IMG/VR virus record: IMGVR_UViG_3300045988_073391
Location: 1-54,717 of that record
Origin: a virus
DNA: 54,717 nt
Reading direction: 5' to 3' (one strand)
The translations under genes were made by a program, and so were the position numbers. This document shows, piece by piece, positions 1-8,204 of this stretch. Within the stretch, counting starts at the first letter, position 1. Every line of letters starts with the position of its first letter. The notes under the pieces are model-generated. The model was not told where the DNA came from and did not search any database. It worked only from the letters and a program-made list of their open reading frames with translations.

Positions 1-55
1 GTGGATAACCATTACATTATAGAAGAAAAGTCAACGCAGAAGGGATAATCATATA
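1..55. repeat. Terminal overlap copy 1 (identical to 54663-54717)
   Basis: Exact 55-nt identity read directly (gtggataaccattacatt...ataatcatata). Most simply an assembler overlap of a circular or permuted molecule. Confidence 0.95.
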
Positions 56-143
56 TGGAGCGAGAGTCCCGTCTAATAGAGCCAGCTCTTCTTTAGCAGT
101 AAGAACATTTTCATCAGTAGCAAGAAGATTCTACAAACAGAAG

Positions 144-506
144 ATGGAAGAATTCCTTAATGTCAAAGTAAGGAAAGCAGTGAATGGGAATATCGTATCT
201 GTTGGTTTTACAAGAGATGGGAACAAACATCTATATGCAGATACTTTTATGCGAGGCCGTGCAATAGATAAGGCGGACTTGCTGAAAATGCCAGAGCTGC
301 TTGAAGGGTCTGAATATGTGAAGAGTTCTCCGAACGAAGGGAATAGGGCGCATATGGGTAACAGAAACATTACAATGTTTCATTATTTCAAAACAAGATT
401 GCATGGAAATGAAGTATACCTGAATGTTGCGGAAACATCTGTTGTAATAAATGAGACAACAACTAAAAGACGTTTCTTGTATTCTGTTACCAAGCACATA
501 AGATAA
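144..506 (+). CDS. Hypothetical protein (distal part of a long frame interrupted by one TAA at the junction)
   Basis: 120-aa ORF of ordinary composition. The same frame stays open upstream through the junction back to 54452 except for TAA at 6-8 (=54668-54670). No family recognised by eye. Confidence 0.45.
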   Translation: MEEFLNVKVRKAVNGNIVSVGFTRDGNKHLYADTFMRGRAIDKADLLKMPELLEGSEYVKSSPNEGNRAHMGNRNITMFHYFKTRLHGNEVYLNVAETSVVINETTTKRRFLYSVTKHIR

Positions 507-574
507 AGAGTTGGTAAGCGACCAACAAATAGACTCGATACGTCAGGCGAGGTTCAATTCTTACCAACTCTTTT
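507..574 (+). terminator. Hairpin plus T-run with alternative pairing
   Basis: AGAGTTGGTAAG (507-518) pairs perfectly with CTTACCAACTCT (560-571), followed by TTT. The 5' arm can instead pair with ACCAAC (521-526). Confidence 0.5.
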
Positions 575-589
575 AGTACTGCAAATATA
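572..589 (-). promoter_or_regulatory. TAnnTTTG-type box inside an 18-mer shared with 5062-5079
   Basis: TTTAGTACTGCAAATATA. The reverse strand reads TATATTTG. 17 of 18 nt are identical to the word at 5062-5079. Confidence 0.4.
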
Positions 590-622
590 CGACATTCTTT
601 TCACCCAAACAAGAAATCGCAT

Positions 623-1441
623 ATGGAATTATCAAAATATATCAAAAGCACATCTGTTGAACTACAACGTTCTCAGATACACTTCGCATCTTACAACCCA
701 CGCAGGATTTCCGATGAGAGCAAGAAAACGCTTAAAAAAGGCATAAAGAAATTTGGTCTCGCAGGAGGAATTATAGTCAATAAGCGCACAAACTACACCA
801 TCGTTAGCGGTCACCAGCGCATATCAGTGCTTGACGATTTGCAGAAATACGATGAAGAAACTAAGGAAAACGACTACAAAATCCGCGTAGACCTTGTAGA
901 CATTGACGAGAAGAGCGAGAAAGAACTGAATATCCTCACCAACAACCCAAACGCAATGGGTGAATGGGACTTGGAAAGCCTTGCGGCCCTTATCCCTGAT
1001 ATAGACTACAAAGACGCAGGACTGACAGAGGCAGACCTGTCCATGATTGGCTGTGATTATCTTTTCAAGACAGAAGAGGAAAACGACCTAAATAATGCGC
1101 TTGACGACCTTATGCAAGACTCTCTTGAATTGCATGACAAAGAAGTGCAAGCGCGTAAAGAGGAAAGGCAGTCACAACAACGCGAGCAAATTCAGAAAGC
1201 ACAAGAAATTGCAAAAAGCGAGCAGGCGGATTATGATGCAAGAGTGCAGCACATGAAGGACGTAAAGGCACAAGTGCGAGAGAAAGCATCAGAAAAGGCG
1301 GCAGATATGGACGCATACGTTATGCTCTCTTTTGACACATTCAAGGCAAAAGCGGCATTCATGCAGCGTTTCGGTTACAATGAGTATGATAAATTCATCA
1401 AAGGAGAAGTATTCTCCGACCAAGTAGAAAGGATAGACTGA
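623..1441 (+). CDS. ParB/Srx-fold nuclease-domain protein (IbrB-like)
   Basis: N-terminal motifs FASYNPRRIS and YTIVSGHQRISVL. The C-terminal half is acidic and coiled-coil-like. Lies immediately upstream of the terminase genes. Confidence 0.75.
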   Translation: MELSKYIKSTSVELQRSQIHFASYNPRRISDESKKTLKKGIKKFGLAGGIIVNKRTNYTIVSGHQRISVLDDLQKYDEETKENDYKIRVDLVDIDEKSEKELNILTNNPNAMGEWDLESLAALIPDIDYKDAGLTEADLSMIGCDYLFKTEEENDLNNALDDLMQDSLELHDKEVQARKEERQSQQREQIQKAQEIAKSEQADYDARVQHMKDVKAQVREKASEKAADMDAYVMLSFDTFKAKAAFMQRFGYNEYDKFIKGEVFSDQVERID

Positions 1442-2013
1442 TGGCAAAACCAAAGCATGATTATGACAGCGAGAAATTCAGACAGGACATCGCTATCGCA
1501 GCATCAAGCGGCATGACGGACGAGGAAATCGCTGACACCCTCAATCTTAGCCCAGAAGCATTCTCCCGAATGAAAAACGGGAAAATGGACATTTGGAGCG
1601 AAGAAGAGAATGAAAGAAGAGGTGCGAGTATTCGTCAAGTGTTAGCGCGAGCAAGAAGAAAAACCAACGCTATTGTAAGGGGCAGATACCTAAAAGCAGC
1701 ATTGGGAGGTATTAGGGTGAAGAGCAAAACGAAGAGAGCAATTCAGGGTAAATGCCCTGTTTGCGGAGGCACTGACCCCGAATGCACAGAATGCGGCGGT
1801 ACTGGCCAAGTCCTGCTGACGGACAAATCAGTATTGCAAGAAACGGAGAGTGAGACCCCACCCAATATGCAAGCCCTCGCCACATGGCTCTACCACCATG
1901 ACCCGGAATGGAGGAAGATAGAGCGAAACCTTGACGAAGAAGCAGACGATGTGGCCACTGACATCAATCATGGTGTTGACATAGAAAAGTGGATAACGAG
2001 CATGACCAAATGA
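1441..2013 (+). CDS. Putative small terminase subunit with HTH and double CxxCxGxG zinc knuckle
   Basis: 1-nt and 4-nt overlaps with flanking genes. HTH-like segment MTDEEIADTLNLSPEAFSRM and zinc-knuckle segment CPVCGGTDPECTECGGTGQV. Position directly before terL. Confidence 0.55.
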   Translation: MAKPKHDYDSEKFRQDIAIAASSGMTDEEIADTLNLSPEAFSRMKNGKMDIWSEEENERRGASIRQVLARARRKTNAIVRGRYLKAALGGIRVKSKTKRAIQGKCPVCGGTDPECTECGGTGQVLLTDKSVLQETESETPPNMQALATWLYHHDPEWRKIERNLDEEADDVATDINHGVDIEKWITSMTK

Positions 2014-3284
2014 TACAGACGCAACCGATATACAATCCCCTGTATTTAGACAAAGAGCATTTCATAATTCTGATTACAGGAGGGCGAGGAAGCGGTAAGA
2101 GTTTCAATGCCGCAGCCTTCATAGAAAGGCTGACATTTGAACTTACTCCAGAAGAACGTCTTGTGCATAACATACTTTACACTCGCTATACAATGATTTC
2201 TGCTGCAATATCCGTTATCCCCGAAATGCAGGAGAAAATAGAACTTGATGGTACTTCCAAATACTTTTCTGTAAAGTCGGCAGACATCGTGAACAAGATG
2301 ACTGGCAGCCATATCATGTTCCGCGGCATCAAGACAAGCAGCGGCAATCAGACTGCAAAGCTTAAATCAATACACGGCATAACGACATTTGTCTGTGATG
2401 AGGCAGAAGAGTGGACAAGTGAGGAGGACTTCGACAAGATTATGTTGTCAATCCGTCAAAAGGGTATTCAGAACCGTATAATTATCATAATGAACCCAAC
2501 GGACAGTAATCATTTTATCTATCGGAAGTACATTGAGAAGACTCACAAATTGGTTGAATATGACGGTGTGCCCGTGCAGATAAGTACACACCCGAATGTA
2601 CTGCACATACATACGACATATCTTGACAACAAGGAGCATCTAAGCGAGCAGTTTGTAAAAGAAGTGCGTGACATGAAGGAGAATGCTCCCGAAAAGTATG
2701 CACATATAGTAATGGGGCGTTGGGCTGATGTGGCAGAAGGCGCGGTATTCAAAAAATGGGGTATTGTTGACGAGTTTCCAGAAGAAGCCAAGAAGCAGGC
2801 AATCGGCCTTGACTTCGGATATGCGCAAGACCCGTCAGCGGCTATCAGATGCGGCATAGTGGACAATCGTCTATACCTTGATGAGATATTCTATCGCAAA
2901 GGAATGCTTGCGCGTGATTTGGTTGAAGAGTTGAGACCTTACAATCTTCACGTCATCGCAGATAGCGCAGACCCGCGTCTGATACAAGAAATATCCCTTG
3001 GAGGTATCATAATCTACCCCGTGCAGAAAGGGCCTGGTTCTATACTTGCAGGTATTGACAAAATGCAGTCGCTGGAAATATACGTTACACGCAGGTCTTA
3101 CAATCTGCAAGGTGAGATGCGAAACTACATTTGGGCAAAGGATAAGGACGGGAGATATATAAACGAGCCAGAGGACCATGACAATCACGGAATAGATGCT
3201 GGCAGATATTATGTGTTGGGGCAGTTGCTTGGCCGTGTCATGAGACCGAAAGCAGTATCAAAAGAAGACTTGGGAATATTTTAG
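2010..3284 (+). CDS. terL: Terminase large subunit (PBSX/Terminase_3-like)
   Basis: Walker A ILITGGRGSGKSF and Walker B FVCDEAEE. ATG 2010 overlaps the upstream TGA; the track's GTG at 1989 is the alternative start. Confidence 0.9.
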   Translation: MIQTQPIYNPLYLDKEHFIILITGGRGSGKSFNAAAFIERLTFELTPEERLVHNILYTRYTMISAAISVIPEMQEKIELDGTSKYFSVKSADIVNKMTGSHIMFRGIKTSSGNQTAKLKSIHGITTFVCDEAEEWTSEEDFDKIMLSIRQKGIQNRIIIIMNPTDSNHFIYRKYIEKTHKLVEYDGVPVQISTHPNVLHIHTTYLDNKEHLSEQFVKEVRDMKENAPEKYAHIVMGRWADVAEGAVFKKWGIVDEFPEEAKKQAIGLDFGYAQDPSAAIRCGIVDNRLYLDEIFYRKGMLARDLVEELRPYNLHVIADSADPRLIQEISLGGIIIYPVQKGPGSILAGIDKMQSLEIYVTRRSYNLQGEMRNYIWAKDKDGRYINEPEDHDNHGIDAGRYYVLGQLLGRVMRPKAVSKEDLGIF

Positions 3285-3287
3285 CTT

Positions 3288-4727
3288 ATGAACTTAATCG
3301 AACAAATTATAACCTTGTTCAAGAGCAAGGTGCTTGATTCTGGAGGCGCAGAAAAAAGCGTGTATGAGTACTTGCAAGAGGGCAAAGTGCTCAAGGCTGT
3401 AAGTATGATGCAGGACAGAGATGACGAGGTGGACAATGCTTTGAGGGAATATAACCCCGAATTGCACGAGGTGATGAGGCGTCCTAACAAGTTCAGAAAA
3501 AAAATGTCGCCTTACATCTCTGAAAAGCTACCTCGGAACAGACAAGATTACATCAATGAAGTAGAATTGTTTTTCTTGCTTGGCAACCCTATCATCTGGA
3601 AGAAAATAAGCGGAGATGATGAAGCATATAAGCTCTTTACGGACTTCCTTGATGAACAATTCTATCATGACAACTTGTGCCAGGCAAAACGCCTTGCCGG
3701 GGCAGAAACGGAAAGTGCAAAACTTTACCACATCACGCGCAAGAACGGGAAGATAAACGTGAAGACTGTTATACTGTCTCGTTCAAACGGGTACAAGTTG
3801 CGCCCTTTGATTGACCAATATGGGAATATGCAGGCTTTTGCATACGGATATGTCTTGAAGGAAGGCGGCCGTAATGTGCAGCATTGGGATTTTGAAACGT
3901 CCGATTTTCTCTTCTTCTGCAAGAGCGGCATAGGGGGCTGGGAGGTAACGACATATCCCAATCCTACTGGTAAGATAAATGTGATTTACTATCAGCAGAG
4001 AAAGGCATGGCATGGTGTTGAACAGCGTCTGAAACGGGACGAGATGCTTGACAGCAAAACGGCAGACACGAACAACTATTTTGCCGACCCTCTCGCTAAG
4101 GCTTCCGCAGATGTAATACAGAGCATGACAAGCCCGGAAACAATAGGAGGACTTATACAGACAACAGGAGAAAATTCCGTTTTTGAGTACATAAATCCAC
4201 CGCAATCAAGCGAGAGCAGAGAGTCGGAAAAAAGAAGCCTCAACACGTCAATTTTGTTTGACACTTACACGCCTGACCTTTCTTATGATAATTTGAAAGG
4301 AATGGGAAGCCTCAGCGGTGTCGCAATAAAGAACTCCATGACCATAGGTTATATCAAGAGAAACCGCAACATCGGAGTCTATAAGCAGCTTGTGCGTAGG
4401 GATTTGCATTTAATGCTTGAAATCCTTGTGTTGCTGCACCCAGAAAAGGCCGATGACATTCGAGGGCTAAAGATTGACTTTGAATTTGCAGAGCCTTTTG
4501 ACAGTGATAACGGAGAAAACCAAAGCAGAATTGCTGACCTTTATCAGAAGGGTGTTGTATCATTAGAGGAAGCTGTAAGGCAACTTGCAATTTGCGATGA
4601 TGTAAATTCAGAAATCAAACGACTAAAGGACGCTGAAAAGAATAACACGGAAGCATCTAAATCCGAAGAAACGAACAATAACAATAATACGAAACCCGTC
4701 GAAATACCTATAAAAGAGAAAAACTAA
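3288..4727 (+). CDS. Portal protein
   Basis: 479 aa, directly after terL, with an acidic/Asn-rich C-terminus. Called from size and synteny. Confidence 0.8.
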   Translation: MNLIEQIITLFKSKVLDSGGAEKSVYEYLQEGKVLKAVSMMQDRDDEVDNALREYNPELHEVMRRPNKFRKKMSPYISEKLPRNRQDYINEVELFFLLGNPIIWKKISGDDEAYKLFTDFLDEQFYHDNLCQAKRLAGAETESAKLYHITRKNGKINVKTVILSRSNGYKLRPLIDQYGNMQAFAYGYVLKEGGRNVQHWDFETSDFLFFCKSGIGGWEVTTYPNPTGKINVIYYQQRKAWHGVEQRLKRDEMLDSKTADTNNYFADPLAKASADVIQSMTSPETIGGLIQTTGENSVFEYINPPQSSESRESEKRSLNTSILFDTYTPDLSYDNLKGMGSLSGVAIKNSMTIGYIKRNRNIGVYKQLVRRDLHLMLEILVLLHPEKADDIRGLKIDFEFAEPFDSDNGENQSRIADLYQKGVVSLEEAVRQLAICDDVNSEIKRLKDAEKNNTEASKSEETNNNNNTKPVEIPIKEKN

Positions 4728-4759
4728 AGAAAAATCGAACAATGTTTTGATAATTCAGG

Positions 4760-4791
4760 GAGCCGCATCGTCTGTGAAGATAGTGCGGCTC
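4760..4791. terminator. Bidirectional hairpin between convergent portal and HTH genes
   Basis: GAGCCGCA (4760-4767) pairs with TGCGGCTC (4784-4791). Confidence 0.6.
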
Positions 4792-4802
4792 TCTGGATTT
4801 TT

Positions 4803-5048
4803 CTATTCAAGTTTAATTTTAACGGGCTTCCCACAATGTGGGCAAATAGCAGTTGTCATATTTTCTCCGTCCTCGTCTGCAAAAAACTCTGACATAGAGC
4901 AGCCTATAACATTTGCTATTTCCCTAAGCCTGGAAGTTGTAGGGTTAGAAGATATAGATTGGCTCAATGCACTTTGGGAGCATTCAAGGCTTTCTGCAAC
5001 TTGTGATATTGTGAAGCCATGTTTTTTGATTACTTGTTTTATATTCAT
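4803..5048 (-). CDS. XRE-type HTH regulator with C-terminal CxxC tail
   Basis: HTH segment FTISQVAESLECSQSALSQSISS and tail AICPHCGKPVKIKLE. It is a lone minus-strand gene inside the head module, divergent from the amidoligase gene. Confidence 0.75.
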   Translation of the reverse strand: MNIKQVIKKHGFTISQVAESLECSQSALSQSISSNPTTSRLREIANVIGCSMSEFFADEDGENMTTAICPHCGKPVKIKLE

Positions 5049-5061
5049 TTTATCTAATAAA

Positions 5062-5084
5062 TTTAGTACTGCAAAGATAGTACT
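5062..5084 (-). promoter_or_regulatory. Promoter/operator of the HTH gene
   Basis: The reverse strand reads TATCTTTG (plus-strand 5072-5079), about 24 nt before the ATG at 5048. It is flanked by two AGTACT palindromes (5065-5070, 5079-5084). Confidence 0.55.
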
Positions 5085-5210
5085 TATTTTATTATTATAT
5101 AAGAGTAAGCCAATAAAGAAAGAGCAAAAATAAGGTTTAATGTATATTTGGTTTTGTGTTAAATCTTAGTTAATCCTAATAATTTATTTGGATTTAGAAG
5201 AAAAACCTAA

Positions 5211-5218
5211 TACCTTTG
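5211..5218 (+). promoter_or_regulatory. TAnnTTTG box upstream of the amidoligase gene
   Basis: TACCTTTG, 65 nt upstream of ATG 5283. Confidence 0.5.
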
Positions 5219-5282
5219 CATCGTAATCAAAAAACAAAACCTTAGAACTCAAGGCAAGAGCATAAATACCGCCACCTATACA

Positions 5283-6152
5283 ATGAAGACTCTTTCAGAA
5301 ATGGTAAACGAAATCAAAGGTGCTAACATGAGCAAGGCAGACAAGAAGAAGGCAATCTTGTCACTGGGCTTCACTGAATATGAAGCAACATTGCTGACAG
5401 GCGAGAGCGCAAAGGTCGTACGTGGCAAGGCCGCAACATACACCTTTGGTGTAGAGATAGAAATGCTTGTGCCATCTGGTGCAATCAGAGAGAGAGCCAC
5501 AGCGAATAACTTGCCAATTCGTTATGAGGGCTATAATCATACAGACAACAAGCGATACTTTAAGTTTGTTTCTGATGCGTCTATACAAGGTGCGAACCCT
5601 ATTGAATGTGTATCGCCCATTCTTTCTTCTCGCGGTGGCATGAAGATGTTAGAGAATGCGTGCAAGACGATAAATGAAGCAGGCGCACAGGTAAATCGTT
5701 CTACAGGCTTGCACGTGCATATCGGTGCGGCTGGCCTTACAGATGAGCAGTATTGTAATGTATTTCAAAATTACAAGATGCTTGAAAGCGTTATTGACTC
5801 ATTCATGGCAAATTCAAGACGTGCAAACAATTCAAGATGGTGCAGAACTTTGCAAGACCATACGTTTTACAATGAACTGACAAAAGAGAACCTTTTGATT
5901 GAGATGGGGTGCGATAGATACCACAAGGTGAACCCTTGCAGCTATCAGAGACATCAGACGATAGAATTTCGCCAGCATCAAGGTAGCACAGATTTCACGA
6001 AGATTTCTAATTGGGTAAAGTTCTGCGCTAAGTTAGTTGAATGGTCAAAGACAAACAGACTTGAAAGCCCTGTTTCGTCAATCGACGAAATAGAATTTTT
6101 GAGCAAGACAGAAAAGTCTTTCTTCAAGAATAGAGCATCTCAATTAGCATAA
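5283..6152 (+). CDS. Amidoligase_2-type (glutamine-synthetase-like) COOH-NH2 ligase
   Basis: Motifs TFGVEIEM, IECVSPIL, TGLHVHIG and TIEFRQHQGS match the putative amidoligase family signature as I recall it. Confidence 0.8.
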   Translation: MKTLSEMVNEIKGANMSKADKKKAILSLGFTEYEATLLTGESAKVVRGKAATYTFGVEIEMLVPSGAIRERATANNLPIRYEGYNHTDNKRYFKFVSDASIQGANPIECVSPILSSRGGMKMLENACKTINEAGAQVNRSTGLHVHIGAAGLTDEQYCNVFQNYKMLESVIDSFMANSRRANNSRWCRTLQDHTFYNELTKENLLIEMGCDRYHKVNPCSYQRHQTIEFRQHQGSTDFTKISNWVKFCAKLVEWSKTNRLESPVSSIDEIEFLSKTEKSFFKNRASQLA

Positions 6153-6161
6153 CAATAACCA

Positions 6162-6187
6162 GAGCGTGCAAGGCATCTTGCACGCTC
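6162..6187 (+). terminator. 11-bp hairpin after the amidoligase gene (no T-run)
   Basis: GAGCGTGCAAG, loop gcat, CTTGCACGCTC. Confidence 0.4.
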
Positions 6188-6203
6188 ACAAATCAAGATA
6201 ACA

Positions 6204-6377
6204 ATGATTAAGCAGCATACGAAAGACGAGTATTTTGTAAAGAGAATAAGAGGTAAATACTATGCAGTAGTAAACAAGTATAACATGAATGTGTGTTACC
6301 TCGCATTTTCTAAGAGTGAAGCAAATGTAGAATGCTCTCATATAAACAAGCTAAATAACGACTATTATAATCTATAA
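6204..6377 (+). CDS. 57-aa ORF between amidoligase and amidotransferase (not in the ORF track)
   Basis: ATG 6204 to TAA 6375-6377 (MIKQHTKDEYFVKRIRGKYYAVVNKYN...). Fills the gap between the two enzymes. Confidence 0.3.
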   Translation: MIKQHTKDEYFVKRIRGKYYAVVNKYNMNVCYLAFSKSEANVECSHINKLNNDYYNL

Positions 6378-6382
6378 CAAAT

Positions 6383-6895
6383 ATGTGTGTACTCATATAT
6401 AAACCAGCAGGCGTAACGATGCCTGCGAAGAGAATATTAAAGGCTTGCTTTGACGCAAACCCTCATGGTGCAGGATTTGCAACACCTGATTGCGTGCATC
6501 ATTCAATGAGATTTGAGAGCATCTATAAAGGGCTGAAAAGTGTGCCTAAAGAGATGCCTTGTATCATTCATTTCAGGCTTGCTACGCATGGGTCTATAAG
6601 GCTGCGTAATTGTCACCCTTTTAAGATTGAGCAAACATATTTTGCCCATAATGGTGTTTTGTCATTGCCAACAAAGAATGATATGACAGACAGCGAGACA
6701 GCATTCAGAATGCTTTATCCAGCTATTAAGAGAGGTGGTTTATATAGTCAAGAATTAGACCGCAATGTGCGCCAAATAATTGGCACATCAAAATTCGCAT
6801 TCATGTGCGGCAAAGATGTGCGGCTATTTGGTGATTTCAAAAAGATTGATGGTGTGTATTACTCAAACCTAAGATGGCGTAATTACTTATTATAA
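6383..6895 (+). CDS. Class II (Ntn, Cys1) glutamine amidotransferase-like thiol amidohydrolase
   Basis: Starts MCVLIYKPAG (Cys at position 2 would be the N-terminal nucleophile). Also HFRLATHGS, NCHPF and FAHNGVL. Confidence 0.8.
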   Translation: MCVLIYKPAGVTMPAKRILKACFDANPHGAGFATPDCVHHSMRFESIYKGLKSVPKEMPCIIHFRLATHGSIRLRNCHPFKIEQTYFAHNGVLSLPTKNDMTDSETAFRMLYPAIKRGGLYSQELDRNVRQIIGTSKFAFMCGKDVRLFGDFKKIDGVYYSNLRWRNYLL

Positions 6896-6917
6896 TATGC
6901 TTGATTTCTAAGGTTTT

Positions 6918-6950
6918 GCCCCTAAATGCTTAGGCGTTTAGGGGCTTTTT
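6918..6950 (+). terminator. Rho-independent terminator
   Basis: GCCCCTAAA (6918-6926) pairs with TTTAGGGGC (6937-6945), followed by TTTTT. Confidence 0.75.
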
Positions 6951-7014
6951 GTTTACAATCGCACAAGTAAAAGGGTTGGCAGATAAATGTGTCCTGTATT
7001 GGTTCTTAGATGCT

Positions 7015-7022
7015 TATCTTTG
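7015..7022 (+). promoter_or_regulatory. TAnnTTTG box upstream of the scaffold gene
   Basis: TATCTTTG, 28 nt before ATG 7050. Confidence 0.5.
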
Positions 7023-7049
7023 TGTATCTCTGAAATATGATATACGTAT

Positions 7050-7775
7050 ATGGTAGAAAAGATTTTTAATGCACTAAAACAAGAGTTTTCGTACCTTGGG
7101 TTAGGTGATTCGGTTCTGAGACCTTATGCAGAGTCTCTTGGTGCTTGTGGCTTTGTGACTGATGACAATCTTAATGATGTTGTATCAAAGCAAAAAAGCA
7201 GCCTTGAAGCAATCCAAAAGGCAAATGACAAAAGGGCTGCCGATGCGATGAAAACAGCAGAAGAAAAGGCTGAAGCCAAGCGCAAGGCAGCAGAAGAAGC
7301 CGAAGCAAAGAAAGCAGAAGAAGCCGCAAAGAAGGCCGAAGAAGAAAAGGCCAAAAAAGCAGCAGAAGAAAAAGCCGTTGAAAATAAGGAAGATACTCCT
7401 GAATGGTTCAAGGCTTATCAAACCGCGCAAGAGGAAAAATTCAAGGAAGCTCTTGAAAAGAACAAGGCTCTTGAAGACTCTCTGAAAAGTCTCCAAGACG
7501 AAAACGCCAAATTCAAGACAGAACAAGATGCGGCCAAACGTAATTCCTTTATCGCGTCAGAAGCCAAGAGGTTGGGCGTACCGGAATGGCGTTCCAAGGA
7601 GGGCTTTAGCATCTCAACGGATATGGATGAAAAAGCAATCACGGAATACCTCTCTCAAGTTGCGAACAATGTGAAGGCGAATATGCTCCCCGAAGAAAAA
7701 ATGGGGTTCCCTAAATTTGACGGCAAGGCAACAAAGGAAGAAGTTGATAAAATTGCCGATAACCTATTAAAGTAA
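7050..7775 (+). CDS. Scaffolding protein (putative)
   Basis: Ala/Glu/Lys-rich coiled-coil sequence (AEEKAEAKRKAAEEAEAKKAEEAAKK). Lies just upstream of the capsid genes. Confidence 0.65.
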   Translation: MVEKIFNALKQEFSYLGLGDSVLRPYAESLGACGFVTDDNLNDVVSKQKSSLEAIQKANDKRAADAMKTAEEKAEAKRKAAEEAEAKKAEEAAKKAEEEKAKKAAEEKAVENKEDTPEWFKAYQTAQEEKFKEALEKNKALEDSLKSLQDENAKFKTEQDAAKRNSFIASEAKRLGVPEWRSKEGFSISTDMDEKAITEYLSQVANNVKANMLPEEKMGFPKFDGKATKEEVDKIADNLLK

Positions 7776-7782
7776 AAAACAA

Positions 7783-8187
7783 ATGGCACTTACAGATTTG
7801 ACAAATCCTCGTTCAGTTGTTGATTTTGGAAATGACGCAGTCGTTTGCCCTCAGTTTATATCGGGCATTGATGGAGGCCGTTCGCTTGATGTGACCGGGT
7901 ACACAGATGCTGTCATCAAGGCTGGACACGTAATAATCAAAGACACTAAGAAGGGAGACTATAAGCCGATGCCAGTAGCAAGCGGTAACTATGGAACACT
8001 GCCAGAAAACCACGAATACGTCGGTGTACTTTATAAAAGCATTCCGACGAATGCTCCGATGGCGTCTATCATGACCAATGGCAAGGTAAATTCGGTGGCA
8101 GCTCCTTATAAGATGGACACTATATTGGAAGCATTCAGCAATGCAGTACCCTTTATTGCTTTTGTTAGTGCAGAAGATGAAGTTTGA
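7783..8187 (+). CDS. Head decoration-like protein (putative)
   Basis: 134 aa immediately before the gpE-like capsid gene, mirroring the lambda D-E order. Confidence 0.4.
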   Translation: MALTDLTNPRSVVDFGNDAVVCPQFISGIDGGRSLDVTGYTDAVIKAGHVIIKDTKKGDYKPMPVASGNYGTLPENHEYVGVLYKSIPTNAPMASIMTNGKVNSVAAPYKMDTILEAFSNAVPFIAFVSAEDEV

Positions 8188-8204
8188 TTAAACAGATATA
8201 AAAC

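Noticed and set aside
4747-5133. 128-aa plus-strand ORF between the portal and amidoligase genes.
   Set aside because: It is antisense to the clear HTH gene 4803-5048, begins inside the terminator hairpin, and has hydrophobic low-complexity composition.
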